A stretch of 64,000 bases of DNA from Verrucomicrobiota bacterium. GTDB lineage: Bacteria > Verrucomicrobiota > Verrucomicrobiia > Limisphaerales > CANJSG01. The DNA lies in contig JBBQXJ010000001.1 of NCBI GenBank assembly GCA_038209745.1, positions 64,001 through 128,000 on the forward strand, read 5' to 3'. Shown here piece after piece: positions 9,025 through 20,100 of the stretch; the stretch's first letter is position 1; every line of letters starts with the position of its first letter. A model generated the notes under the pieces. That model saw only the letters and a list, made by a program, of their open reading frames with translations, searched no databases and was not told the origin of the DNA. A program made the position numbers and the translations under genes.

Positions 9025-10008
9025 TCACCCCGCCTTACCCGTCTGGGGTCCTTCCGTGAAATGTCCGAAGGAGCGGAACTTCCTGTAGCGCTGGTCGAGG
9101 CGTTCCCGGACACCGAGCTTGGAGACGGCGTCGAGGTTCGAGACCAGGGCGCGCTTGAGGCTTTCGGCGGCCGCTGCGGGATCCGTGTTCGCGCCGCCGA
9201 GGGGTTCGGAGACGACTTCGTCCACCAGACCGAGTTCACGCAGGTCCTTGGCCGAGATCTTGAGAGCCTCGGCGGCCTTGACCGACGCGGTGCGGTCTTT
9301 CCAAAGAATGGCGGCGCAACCTTCGGGGCTGATGACGGAGTAGTAGGCGTTTTCCAGGATGAGAACCTTGTCGGCCACGCCGATGCCGAGGGCGCCACCG
9401 GAACCGCCTTCGCCGATGACGGCGGCGATGATCGGCACCTCGAAAAGCATCATCTCACGGAGGTTCACCGCGATCGCCTCTCCGATATGGCGTTCCTCGG
9501 AGCCGATGCCGGGATACGCGCCGGCGGTGTCGATGAGCGTGATGATGGGGAGGCCGAACTTGTCCGCCATTTTCATGAGGCGAAGCGCCTTGCGGTAGCC
9601 TTCCGGATGGGCGGAGCCGAAGTTGCGGAGAATGTTCTCCTTGGTGTCGCGGCCCTTCTGGGTGCCGAGGACCATGACCTTGCGGCCATCGATCTTGGCG
9701 AAGCCGCCGACGACGGCGCGATCGTCCGAAAAGGCACGGTCGCCGTGGAGTTCCTCGAAGTCCTCGAAGGCGAGCCCGATGTAGTCGAGGGTGAACGGAC
9801 GCCTGGGGTGACGCGCGAGTTGGACGCGCTGCCAAGGCGTCAGGTCGGAATAGACCCGCTTCTTGGTCTCGCCGAGCTTGGCCTCCATCTGCTGGATCTC
9901 AGCCTCGAAGCTCACGCTCAGCCCCTCGTTCTGGGACTGTTTGCGGAGATCATCCAGCTGGCGCTGGAGTTCGAATATCGGCTTCTCGAATTCGAGCTGA
10001 TGTTTCAT
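9025..10008 (-). CDS. accA: Acetyl-CoA carboxylase carboxyltransferase alpha subunit
   Basis: LEFEKPI, WQRVQLARHPRRP, ELHGDR, PEGYRKALR, IDTAGAYPG, GEGGSGGAL, YSVISPEGCAAILW. Confidence 0.97.
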   Translation of the reverse strand: MKHQLEFEKPIFELQRQLDDLRKQSQNEGLSVSFEAEIQQMEAKLGETKKRVYSDLTPWQRVQLARHPRRPFTLDYIGLAFEDFEELHGDRAFSDDRAVVGGFAKIDGRKVMVLGTQKGRDTKENILRNFGSAHPEGYRKALRLMKMADKFGLPIITLIDTAGAYPGIGSEERHIGEAIAVNLREMMLFEVPIIAAVIGEGGSGGALGIGVADKVLILENAYYSVISPEGCAAILWKDRTASVKAAEALKISAKDLRELGLVDEVVSEPLGGANTDPAAAAESLKRALVSNLDAVSKLGVRERLDQRYRKFRSFGHFTEGPQTGKAG

Positions 10009-10566
10009 AGCTATGGTCGAAATCTAGGGTTGGCTCGAAAGGCAGGCAACGGGCGAATTGCCTCCTGGAAATCCGAAGAGCGAAGGTCGAACTGGACTGG
10101 CTGAGATCCACCACGCAAGACGCTTGGTAAAACAGCAGGAAGCCCCTCACCCGTTCTGGGTTCAACAAGTCTGCTTTCGCAGTCGGCATGAAACGAAATC
10201 GGTTGGGAGCTCCTCCGTATCCACTCCTATGCGACCCGATTGCGCGGCAGTCTCCTCCGGAAGCTCGGCCCCCGCAGTTTCAAGTTGATGACGGACGGAA
10301 ACAGCCCGTCCTTGCGCAAGCCCAGCACCTTTGGGAAGACCCGCGTTTCACCGTCGGAAACACGCCGTGGCTGTGTTTCCAGTTTGGTCGGTGATTCGCG
10401 GCTCACATCCCGCCCGAAGATCTGGAGTTTGCGGACAGCTCCGCTCCGGCGGACAAACTTCAAGCAGCGGTCTCCGGGTGTCATCGGCCCACTTCCTGGG
10501 CGGCGTTGCGGGCCGGTTTCTCCTGATAGGATCGGGAAGGTCTGGAAGCATTCGTTGAAGGTCGAA

Positions 10567-10603
10567 AAGGAAGCCCCGGAGGCAATGGCTTCCGGGGCTT
10601 TTT
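10567..10603. terminator. Intrinsic terminator, likely bidirectional, downstream of eno
   Basis: AAGCCCCGGA-GGCAATGGCT-TCCGGGGCTT followed by TTT on plus, and CCTTTT on minus. Confidence 0.75.
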
Positions 10604-10712
10604 GACAAGGCGTGGCTGCGTCGCCGAGCAGCCCTGACAATTTTCGTCCACGCGAGGGAGGGAGGGAGGGTCGGTGCGGCGGAGCACCGACCGGCCCAAC
10701 CGAGAACTGGCT

Positions 10713-12194
<1,482 letters not shown>

Positions 12195-13295
12195 TCAGTC
12201 GGCGTCGCCGAGGATCACGTCGACGGTTTCACCGGGGCGGACTTCGAGTCCGGCAGGAACCGGGATGCGGATGGCCAGCGCCAGCTCCATGGTGCGGACA
12301 TTGAGACCGGCGTTGGGATAAAGGTGGGGGTTGAGAGGCTCCAGGCGGGAGGCGACCGAAGAGATGTGGGACTGGACGCCAGGGCGCCCCTGCGAGCGGG
12401 CCCGCACCTCGACCTTTGTTCCGGGCTTGGGGGCCGAAAGGACGGGCTGTCTGAGATAGGCGATAATCTCCCTCGGCTTGATGGCGGCCACCGTGAGGAT
12501 GGGATCGCCGGTGGCAACGGCGTCTCCGACCTGGTGGAAGAGGGTTCCGATTTCGCCGTCGATCGGGCTGGTCAGGATGGATTCGCTGAGCTCGACCTGG
12601 ACGAGGCGGAGCTTCTTCTCCTGGACGTCGACCGCAGCGCGAAGGGCTTCGGCCGCGGAGCCGGGGGTGATGCCGGCGCGGATGACCTGGGCCTCGGCCA
12701 CGGCTTCGGCGGCGGCCGCGGCGATGATGGTGAACTCCTGGACCTGGACGCGACGGGCTTTGGCGACGGATTCGAGGCGTTCGAGTTCTTCGGCCGACAT
12801 GATGTCGACTTTGGCGAGGGCGCGGCCGCGGAGGACTTCGGAGTCGGCAAGCTCGACTTCGACCTTGGCCACGGCGAGGCGGGCGTTGAAGTCCAAGCTC
12901 TCGAGGCGGAGACGTTCAAAGTCCACGAGGATCTGGTTCTGCGGGCGGAGCGTCTGGAGGTTGCCCATGAGAGCGGTCGTTTCGGCGCGGATGACCTCGA
13001 GTGTGGCGGTCAACTGGACGGAATTCGCCGGCAGCACCCGGACCAGCGGATCTCCGGCTCGCACGAGCTGGTTCGGCTTCACCAGAACGGCGGAGACGAC
13101 GACGGGTCTGGGGGTGCCGATCTTGGTCTCGATCACTTCGACCTGGCCGACAATGCCCCGGGGGCCGAGCTGGTTCCGCCAGACCATCACGGCGAGGGCG
13201 GCAACGACGGTGAAGACGAGCAGCGGGAGGACGCGGATCTTGAACTCGCGCCAGCGGAGGCGGGCCGGGATGGGAATGGGTGCGAGGGACGGCAT
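12195..13295 (-). CDS. HlyD-family membrane fusion / periplasmic adaptor protein
   Basis: N-terminal TM, lipoyl half-motifs (VLVKPNQLVRAGDPL; LTSPIDGEI...VGDAVATGDPIL), coiled coil, VRPGETVDV. Confidence 0.8.
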   Translation of the reverse strand: MPSLAPIPIPARLRWREFKIRVLPLLVFTVVAALAVMVWRNQLGPRGIVGQVEVIETKIGTPRPVVVSAVLVKPNQLVRAGDPLVRVLPANSVQLTATLEVIRAETTALMGNLQTLRPQNQILVDFERLRLESLDFNARLAVAKVEVELADSEVLRGRALAKVDIMSAEELERLESVAKARRVQVQEFTIIAAAAAEAVAEAQVIRAGITPGSAAEALRAAVDVQEKKLRLVQVELSESILTSPIDGEIGTLFHQVGDAVATGDPILTVAAIKPREIIAYLRQPVLSAPKPGTKVEVRARSQGRPGVQSHISSVASRLEPLNPHLYPNAGLNVRTMELALAIRIPVPAGLEVRPGETVDVILGDAD

Positions 13296-13298
13296 GGG

Positions 13299-13991
13299 TC
13301 AGAGTTCCGATTCGTCTTCGGCCTTGATGCTGGTGAGCCGGGCCACGCCTTCCAGAGACTGCAGCTCCGAGGTGAGGTCCACCACGCGGGACGGATCGCG
13401 CAGGAGGATGCGGTAGGAAAGATCGGTGCCCTGCGACGCCTCGTGGCTGCGCTGGCTGGCCAGATTGATCTGGAGGCCGTGGCGATCGAGCAGGCGGGTG
13501 AGATCGGCCAGTTCCCGGAGGGGGCGGTCCCAGCGGATGTTCAGGATGACATCGTAGCGGTGCCGGGAACCGAAGCCGACAAACCAGAGGTAGAGCAGGA
13601 TCCCGGAGACGATGGCCGTACCGAGGACGGCCGTGGTGAATTTCTGCGTGCCGCAGGCCATTCCAACGACGATGGAGGAGAGCAGATACGAGGTGTCCAG
13701 GGTGTCGCGCAGGATGTTGCGGAAGCGGACGATGGCGAACACGGCCATGAGCCCGAAGGCGGTGACGAGGTTGTTGGCCATCACCACCATGACCAAAGCG
13801 ACGAGCACCGGCATGATGGACAGAGCGCTGACGAAGGAGCGGCTGTAGGACAGGCCCGGATGGGTCAGCATGTAGATGGCGGCCAGGAGCTGTCCGGCGA
13901 GGAAGGCCAACATGCCGGCCAGCAGGACCGGCATCAGATCTGTCGGGACGGCGGCATAGTCGCCGTGGATCAACCAGTTCATCGAGTTCAT
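13299..13991 (-). CDS. DUF4956 membrane protein
   Basis: SYSRSFVSAL, NNLVTAFGLMAVFAIVRFRNILRDTLD, VGMACG, C-terminal ACT-like region; ATGA overlap with VTC gene. Confidence 0.85.
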   Translation of the reverse strand: MNSMNWLIHGDYAAVPTDLMPVLLAGMLAFLAGQLLAAIYMLTHPGLSYSRSFVSALSIMPVLVALVMVVMANNLVTAFGLMAVFAIVRFRNILRDTLDTSYLLSSIVVGMACGTQKFTTAVLGTAIVSGILLYLWFVGFGSRHRYDVILNIRWDRPLRELADLTRLLDRHGLQINLASQRSHEASQGTDLSYRILLRDPSRVVDLTSELQSLEGVARLTSIKAEDESEL

Positions 13992-14839
13992 CGTGATATC
14001 GAGGCTTCGGACGAGCCTTCTCTCAAGCTGTTGAGGGCGGCGAGCCGGACTTCCCTGCGGGCCTCGAAGACGGGGTCCGCTTCTTCCGAGGTTTCGGAGA
14101 AAAATCGTTCCCCCTTGAGCGCTATCCCGTCGGCATACTTGGCCGCGCTGCACTGGACCAGGCCGAAAACACGGACCAGTTCACGAAGCCAGTTGGGGAA
14201 GCGGGTGGTGAACTTCAGCTCCAACACCACCTTGTTGCCGAAAACTTGAACCGGGTCGTCCATCTCGCCGGTGAAGCGGGTGGTGAACTCGGGCGCGCAC
14301 TGCACATCCCGGTCCAAGGTGACACGGAGGGAATTGTCCGCGGTGCTGATCCAGGCTTCTCGGTGGTAGAAGACGTGGGCCCGTGGACGTGCGCTGTGCC
14401 GAACCATCAGCGCGTGGAAACTGTGGACGGCGGCGATCTGCTTGGGATCCCTGGAAACAATCTGGTCGAGGTCCGCCTGTTGGCCCGCGAGGAAGGCCTC
14501 CACGAACTCCCGGCGAATGGCACCGCGCTGCTTGAGGATCGCCTCGTTCATCCGGCGCTTGATCTCCACGAACACCGGCGCTCCGGGGGCGTCTTCGTAG
14601 AACCGCATCCGCAGCTTGTAGCGGTTCTTGTTGCCATTGATCGTGTTCCAGTAGGTGGTGAGATTTCTGGAGTCGAGGTAGAGGCTGTGGACCGGGTAGG
14701 AGAGGCGTGGACGTCCCGCGCCGAATTCGTCGAGCTCAAGGTGGCAGCTCAAAAAATCCCGCACCTCCAAGGCCACGGCCTCGGAGACGATGTATTTCAA
14801 CTCCAGCCTCTGGAGTTGGATATCGTCGGGCACAATCAT
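13988..14839 (-). CDS. VTC-domain polyphosphate polymerase-like protein (CYTH/TTM fold)
   Basis: RLELKY, YPVHSLYLDS, RYKLRMRFY, FVEIKRR, YHREAW, LRVTLDRD, VLELKF, SAAKYA. Confidence 0.88.
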   Translation of the reverse strand: MIVPDDIQLQRLELKYIVSEAVALEVRDFLSCHLELDEFGAGRPRLSYPVHSLYLDSRNLTTYWNTINGNKNRYKLRMRFYEDAPGAPVFVEIKRRMNEAILKQRGAIRREFVEAFLAGQQADLDQIVSRDPKQIAAVHSFHALMVRHSARPRAHVFYHREAWISTADNSLRVTLDRDVQCAPEFTTRFTGEMDDPVQVFGNKVVLELKFTTRFPNWLRELVRVFGLVQCSAAKYADGIALKGERFFSETSEEADPVFEARREVRLAALNSLREGSSEASISR

Positions 14840-14880
14840 CAAATTTGAACGTCAGTGCAGGGCTGTCGGTGAAGCTGGAT

Positions 14881-14913
14881 TCTTCACAAAGTTGTCACAC
14901 GCCTGTCAAGAAA
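14881..14913. promoter_or_regulatory. Pho-box-like 11-bp-period direct repeats overlapping a TTGACA -35 upstream of the VTC operon
   Basis: TCTTCACAAAG / TTGTCACACGC / CTGTCAAGAAA; minus-strand TTGACA at 14909-14904. Confidence 0.45.
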
Positions 14914-15030
14914 CCCTCTGGGCATCTGGGCACAGCAACCCCTGGTTCGGGCCGCAGCCGCGATGAAGATCGAGCACTCCCTCCAATGCGCGGTCGGAGG
15001 CTTGGCTCCGACCGCGCGACTCCCGTCCGA

Positions 15031-15576
15031 TCAGGGCTTGGCGACGCCGATGACCGCCTGGGCGACGCGCTTGCCGGCGTTGCCCGTGGGCTGGGTCTTC
15101 AGGTCGTCGGCATCCGCGTGGATGATCAAGCCGCGGCCGATGATCGAATCGGCGCCCTCGAACGAGAGCTGCTTGTCCACCGTGTCGAGCATGGCGTGGC
15201 CGTTCTCGTCCGCGACCAGATTGCCCAGATCGCCCTCGTGGCGCATGTCCGCCATCGGGCCGGCGTGCGGGTGGCCGCCGGGATTGAAGTGGCCGCCGGT
15301 GCCGGTGCCGTCCTTGGCCGAGATGTCGCCGAACTGGTGGATGTGGAATCCGTGCCCGCCGGGCTTGAGCCCCATCACATGGGCCACGACGTGGACGCCG
15401 CCGTCCACCTTGGTGAACTTGACGGAACCGTGGACGGAGTTGCCCTCGGTCGCGGAGATCACGGCGATGGCGGCGGTGACCGGTTCGGCGGCCGAGGAGA
15501 CCAGCGGCGAAGCGATGAGCGACGCGGCCAGCAGGCCGGCAAGACGGAAAGAGGAGGAGACGGAGCGAAGTTTCAT
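15031..15576 (-). CDS. sodC: Periplasmic Cu/Zn superoxide dismutase
   Basis: Signal peptide; HGFHIH, GGHFNP, HAGP, RHEGDLGN, IIHADADD, GNAGKR. Confidence 0.92.
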   Translation of the reverse strand: MKLRSVSSSFRLAGLLAASLIASPLVSSAAEPVTAAIAVISATEGNSVHGSVKFTKVDGGVHVVAHVMGLKPGGHGFHIHQFGDISAKDGTGTGGHFNPGGHPHAGPMADMRHEGDLGNLVADENGHAMLDTVDKQLSFEGADSIIGRGLIIHADADDLKTQPTGNAGKRVAQAVIGVAKP

Positions 15577-15872
15577 GGCAGGAATTTGAGTGGTTGGCTT
15601 GAAAACACCGGACAGTCCTGCCCGGCACTCTTTTGAGAACCTAAGCACCTTCCGCCCGCCGCGCCAACCCATGAGCGGCACTTTCGATGATTGCTTCTTT
15701 TTGTCCTCCGTCGCCCGCGCTCGTGTTTTTGACGGGAATCGGTGTCTCCATGTTTCCTCGGCGAACTCGCTATTGATCCCGATCCTTTGGTGCCAAACAA
15801 GGGCGAAGCCTTGATCGCGGAGTTTGGCCTTCTGAGCCGGGCTCGGCGCCGCCGATGAATTTGATCCGTGAT

Positions 15873-16982
15873 CTACCGGACCCGCACAAACACCTTCCCC
15901 GGCAGTTGCTTGATCAGCCGTTTCATCTCCAAGCCCAGCAGCGTCACGGACACGGTGGGACTGGGTAGGGCGCTGCGCTGGATCAGTTCGTCGATCGAGG
16001 TCTCCGTTTCGCTGAGGAGCTCGTAGAGGCGCTGCTCGGTGTCGTTCAGGGCGATGGTGGGAAGTTCGCCGGTCTCGGCCGCGCTGGCGGGACGATTGCT
16101 CGCCGGGAAGAGGTATTCGAACTCGCTCAGGATGTCCTCCGCGCCTTCGCAGAGCTTCGCGCCTTTCTTGATCAGTTCGTGGCAACCCTTGCTGCGCGGC
16201 GAATCGATGCGGCCCGGCACTGCGAAGACCTGGCGGCCGTAGTCGGCGGCCATGTTGGCGGTGATGAGCGCGCCGCTGGTCAGGTTCGCCTCCACCACCA
16301 CGGTGCCGAGCGTCATTCCGGCGACGATGCGGTTGCGGATGGGGAAGGTCTGCTTGTCGGCCTTGCGGTTGAAAGGGAACTGGCTGATCAGCGCGCCGCC
16401 GCTCTCGACGATGCGATGGAAGAGGTCGCGGTTCTCGGACGGGAACACCAGATTGATGCCCGTGCCCAGCACCGCGACGGTCCGGCCCTTGGCCTGCAAG
16501 GCGCCTTGATGCGCCGCCGAATCGACGCCGCGCGCGCCGCCGCTCACCACGGTCACTCCGATGTGCGCGAGCTGGTAGGCGAGCTTCCGGGCGATGTCGG
16601 TGCCGTAGGGCGTGACCATCCGCGATCCGACCAGGGCCACGGCCATGCGATCCTGGGTCGAAAGTTCGCCCTTCACGTAGAGCACGATGGGCGGGTCGTA
16701 GATCTCCTTGAGCGAGGGCGGATAGAGTTCGTCGTCCTGGGTGACGACCGTGCAGCCGAATTCCTCGATCCGCTTCATCTCCCCGGCCAGGTCGACGTCC
16801 TTTTCCCATGAGGAAATGGCCTCGGCCACTTCCTGGCCGATCCCTTGGACGTGCTGCAGCTGTTGGCGGGAAGCGCCCAGGATCGACGGCGCGTCGCCGA
16901 AGTGTTCGATCAACTTGCGCAGCCGGACGGGACCGACGTGCTCGATCATGTTCAGCGCGACGAACGCTTCCTTGGGATCCAT
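15873..16982 (-). CDS. dprA: DNA-processing protein DprA
   Basis: YPPSLKEIYDPP, VALVGSR, VVSGGARGVDSAAH, FPIRNRIVAG, VVVEA..SGALITA, C-terminal winged helix. Confidence 0.96.
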   Translation of the reverse strand: MDPKEAFVALNMIEHVGPVRLRKLIEHFGDAPSILGASRQQLQHVQGIGQEVAEAISSWEKDVDLAGEMKRIEEFGCTVVTQDDELYPPSLKEIYDPPIVLYVKGELSTQDRMAVALVGSRMVTPYGTDIARKLAYQLAHIGVTVVSGGARGVDSAAHQGALQAKGRTVAVLGTGINLVFPSENRDLFHRIVESGGALISQFPFNRKADKQTFPIRNRIVAGMTLGTVVVEANLTSGALITANMAADYGRQVFAVPGRIDSPRSKGCHELIKKGAKLCEGAEDILSEFEYLFPASNRPASAAETGELPTIALNDTEQRLYELLSETETSIDELIQRSALPSPTVSVTLLGLEMKRLIKQLPGKVFVRVR

Positions 16983-17120
16983 GCGCCGGATCTTTCGGCT
17001 GCGGATCGATCTGTCAAAGGCTGGTTTTGGCCACGCCTGCTCCGGGCACAGTCCCTTCCATCAAGAGGCCGACCATTGTCCCGGTGAATTCCGTTGAGCC
17101 CCGCCCAGTCGGGAGGAACG

Positions 17121-20100
17121 ATGTCGCCCATGCCCTTGATCCAGTCGTTCCGCGCGGCCCATGTCCGTCTAGCCTTGTTATGGGTGCTCGGCCAGCTGGC
17201 CACGGGCCCGGGCGCGATGGCAGCCGATCCGTTCGAAGCCATGGTGCGCGAGACCGAGCCGCTGCCACCGGCCGAGGAGCGGAAGACCTTCTCCCTGCCG
17301 CCCGGTTTCGACATCCAGCTCGTCGCCTCCGAGCCGGACATCAACAAGCCGATGAACATGGCCTTCGACGCCACCGGCCGGCTCTGGGTCACCACGTCGA
17401 TCGAGTATCCCTTTCCGGCGAAGGACCGACCCGGCCGTGACCGCTTGATGATCTTCGAGGACTTCGGGCCCGACGGCCGTGCGCGCAAAGTCACCCAGTT
17501 CGCCGACGGCCTGAACATCCCCATCGGCGTCTATCCCTTCCGGTCCGCACGCAGCCCGGGCGTTAGCCCGAAAGAACCTTCCTCCAATCAAGGACGCTCT
17601 CTTCTGCCTGAAGGCGGGACTACGAACGAAACGTGGAAGGCCGTCGTCTGGAGCATTCCCTACATCTGGCTGCTGGAAGACACCACCGGCGACGGCAAGG
17701 CTGACAAGCGCACCCAGCTCTACGGCCCGTTCGACGTGTCCCGCGACACCCACGGCAACCAATCCTCCTTCCGACGCGGCTTCGACGGCTGGATCTACGC
17801 CACGCACGGCTTCAACAACGACTCGTGGATCACGAACCGCGACGGCTCGGTGGTCCACCTGAACTCCGGCAACAGCTACCGCTTCCGGCCCGATGGTTCC
17901 AAGCTGGAGCACCACACCCATGGGCAGGTGAATCCCTTCGGCCTCGCGTGGGATCCGCGCGGCAACCTCTACTCCAGCGACTGCCACAGCGCCCCGATCT
18001 ACCAACTGCTCGACGGCGGCTATTATCCCAGTTTCGGCAAGCCCGACGATGGACTCGGCTTCGCGCCGGTGATGATCGAGCACGCCCACGGCAGCACCGC
18101 CATCGACGGGGCGCTCTACTACGCGGACAATCTTTGGCCCGCCGAATACCAGGACACGTTCTTCATCGGCAACGTCATGACCAGCCGGTTGAACCGGGAC
18201 AAGATCACCTTCCACGGCTCCACGCCCAAGGCGACCGAACAGCCCGACTTCCTCACCACGACCGATCCATGGTTCCGCCCGGTCGATAACCAGCTCGGCC
18301 CCGACGGTGCGCTCTACGTGGCCGACTTCTACAACCGGATCATCGGCCACTACGAAGTGCCGCTGACCCATCCCGGCCGCGACCACGAGCGCGGCCGCAT
18401 CTGGCGCGTGGTCTATACGAACGCCGTTGTAGGACGGGCTTCCAGCCCGGCAAGTCCCGCGAACACCTCTCTCCGTCCCGCCGCGCTTCCCTCCGATCTC
18501 GCCAGCCTCCTCGAGGAGCTCGCTTCTCCCAACCTCACGCGCCGTCTGCTGGCCCAGCACGAGATAGAAGACCGTTTCGATGACACCGCCGTCGCCCGGC
18601 TGAAAACGACCGCCCAAGGCGTCTATGACTTCCCGAACGGTGACAAGCGTTTCGCCCAAGTCCACGCCATGTGGGCGCTGCGGAATCTGGACCGGCTCGA
18701 CGACGAATCCCTTCGTGCGGGCCTGCCACCGGCCGACCCCCTATTAAAGGTTCATGCGATGCGGATTCTCGCCGAGATGGGCTGGCGAGAGGCGAGCAGC
18801 CATCCGGGAACGCGCCAGCACGACAGCGTCGGCAATCTGCGCGGCGCCATCCTTCTGAGCCTCGGTGACGACAACGCGCTGGTGCGGCGCTGCGCAGCGG
18901 AAGCGCTGACCGCCTGGCCCGACGCTGGAAACCTTCCGCCGCTTCTCGGAGCTCTGTCCAAGACTGACCGCGCCGACAGCCATCTCCTCTATGTTCTCCG
19001 CAAGGCCGTCCGGGACACCCTCGAAGTCCCGGGCGCCTTCGACGAACTTGCCAAACTCCCGGAAGCCCAACGCGCGCTCGTCGCCGATATCCTGCCTGCC
19101 GTCCCGACCGCCGCCGCAGCCCAATACATCCTTTCCAACTTGCCGCAGCTCGGAACCGATTCCGCCCAGATCGGCGCGCTCCTCCAACACGCCGCGCGTT
19201 ACGGCGACGCGGAGAGCGCGCCCGCCATCGCACGGTTCGCCCTGGACCGCTACGCAGCCGATCCAGCGATGCAGCTCGCGCTGATCAAATCCGTCCGTTC
19301 CGGCCTCGATCAACGCGGCGCCGCGACCCCCGAGGCCGTCACTGAGTGGGGTCGGCAACTCGCCGTCAAACTACTCGATGGGGTGGGAGCCGCCGTCTCC
19401 GATTGGCGGGCTCTGCCGCTGGAAGGCGCGGGACAATCCGCAGTGCCGTGGGTCTTCCAAGACCGCCCTTGCGCCGAAGGCCAGACCACTCGCGTCATCA
19501 GCTCGCTCGCGCCCGGCGGCGAAGCGTTGACCGGAATTCTCCGCAGCAAACGCTTCAGTCTGCCGCAGAGCCTCGGCTTCTACTTGGCCGGGCACGACGG
19601 CTATCCGGACAAGCCGCTGAAACACGTGAACAAGGTCGTGCTCAAGTCCTCGGACGGAACCGTCCTCCGCGAAGCCTCTCCGCCCCGCAACGACATCGCG
19701 GTGAAGGTCGAGTGGACCTTCACCGCAGCCGAACGGGGCCGCGAAGCGTTCCTGGAAGTCATCGATGGCGACACCGGCGACGCCTACGCATGGCTGGCCA
19801 TTGGCCGGATCGAGCCGGCCGTCGTCCAGCTCCCGGCGATCGCGCCCCACGAACTCGCGGGCCGGTTGGCGGATGCCGTCCAGCTTGCCGCCGCGTTTCC
19901 ATCCACTGCGGCCACGGCCCAGCTGCGGGCCGTGGCCGACGGACCCCTCGCCGCCAAGGAACAGGCGCTCGTCCTGAAAACGCTGCTCGCCCAGGACGTT
20001 TCCTACGCAGCAGCACTGGTGCCCCGTCTCCTGCCCGGCGCTCCCGACGAAGCGGTGCTTGCGACCGTCTTGGCGGAGACGGATCAACCCGAGGCCCGGA

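Noticed and set aside
15031..16809. 592-aa ORF-track extension of sodC (likewise extended ORFs for aroK, GNAT/nitrilase, SGNH, DUF433)
   Set aside because: Extensions overlap upstream genes in another frame; real starts are downstream
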